A DNA stretch of 60,292 nucleotides from Narcine bancroftii (taxonomy: Eukaryota). The translations under genes were made by a program, and so were the position numbers. Position 1 is the first letter of the stretch. Each line of letters starts with the position of its first letter. Below, in pieces: positions 59,872 through 60,292 of the stretch. Location of the stretch: positions 1 through 60,292 of the forward strand of contig NW_027212176.1 of the NCBI RefSeq assembly GCF_036971445.1, given 5' to 3'. Below the pieces are notes generated by a model, which saw nothing but the letters and a program-made list of their open reading frames with translations, had not been told where the DNA came from and made no database searches.

Positions 59872-60132
59872 CCAGGAGCAGAATGAGGGGCTCATCCAGA
59901 CCTCGGTGCTCGACCTGACAGGTGAACTGGGCAGGTGAGAGGGTTCCATCTCCACTCTCTTGGTCAGCTGGTAGGTGCTGTTATTGTTGGGAAGGACTCC
60001 ATGGGACTGGGTCTCTCCCAGGACACGGTCGTCATGCATCAGGGTCACCTCAATGGCCTGGGGATAGAAGCTGTTGGCTCTGCAGGAGAAGTGGTGTCCG
60101 TTGGGGAAGGAGGTGAAAGAGACCTTGGTGAT
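59872..60132 (-). pseudogene. MHC-I-like alpha3 exon, copy 2 (single 1-nt frameshift)
   Basis: FSCRANSFYPQAIEVTLMHDDRVLGETQSHGVLPNNNSTYQLTKRVEMEPSH then a 1-nt deletion before AQFTCQVEHRGLDEPL; both Cys retained; donor GTAAGA. Confidence 0.88.
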
Positions 60133-60292
60133 CTGAGTTGAGGAGGCAGAGGGGGTCAATGAGGGGCTGGGAAGGAGAGGGGTATAGGGAGGGAGGTTAA
60201 TGAAGGGGATGAGTGGGGGCAGAGGTGAGGGGGAGTGCAGGGAGGAGGGAGGGTGGGGAATTATTGGTGGAGGCACAGAGGATGATTACATA

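Larger units (their letters stand above)
53515..60292. repeat. Right arm of inverted segmental duplication (runs off the window end)
   Basis: Reverse complement of about 6803-13520. Confidence 0.92.

Overview
Eukaryotic, repeat-saturated vertebrate DNA, most likely from a cartilaginous fish (inferred from the MHC-I-like sequence and the TE repertoire; not provable here). (1) Two MHC class I-like heavy-chain genes lie tail-to-tail as the arms of an inverted segmental duplication (about 6.8-13.5 kb vs 53.5-60.3 kb). The left copy is a clear pseudogene. Only the alpha3 and TM/cytoplasmic exons of the right copy fall in the window. (2) Two full-length 164-nt U1 snRNA genes have promoter elements and an unusual, covarying stem-loop I. 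(3) There is a cluster of endogenous retroviruses. An 18.6-kb tRNA-Trp-primed provirus (A) contains a tRNA-Pro-primed provirus (B), which in turn holds a solo LTR of family A and an antisense provirus (C2). A separate young pol-less provirus (C1) and several solo LTRs are also present; all the ERV insertions have 4-bp TSDs. (4) The rest is LINE fragments (RTE, one 5'-inverted; L1; CR1; Rex1), DNA-transposon remnants (Tc1, Chapaev3-like, MITEs), a truncated tRNA-Thr and mini/microsatellites. No intact host protein-coding gene is visible. The best leads are a non-autonomous ERV family carrying non-viral cargo and a VNTR in the env signal peptide, a hairpin array in the ERV-A leader, and the U1 variants. 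Divergence figures are by-eye estimates.
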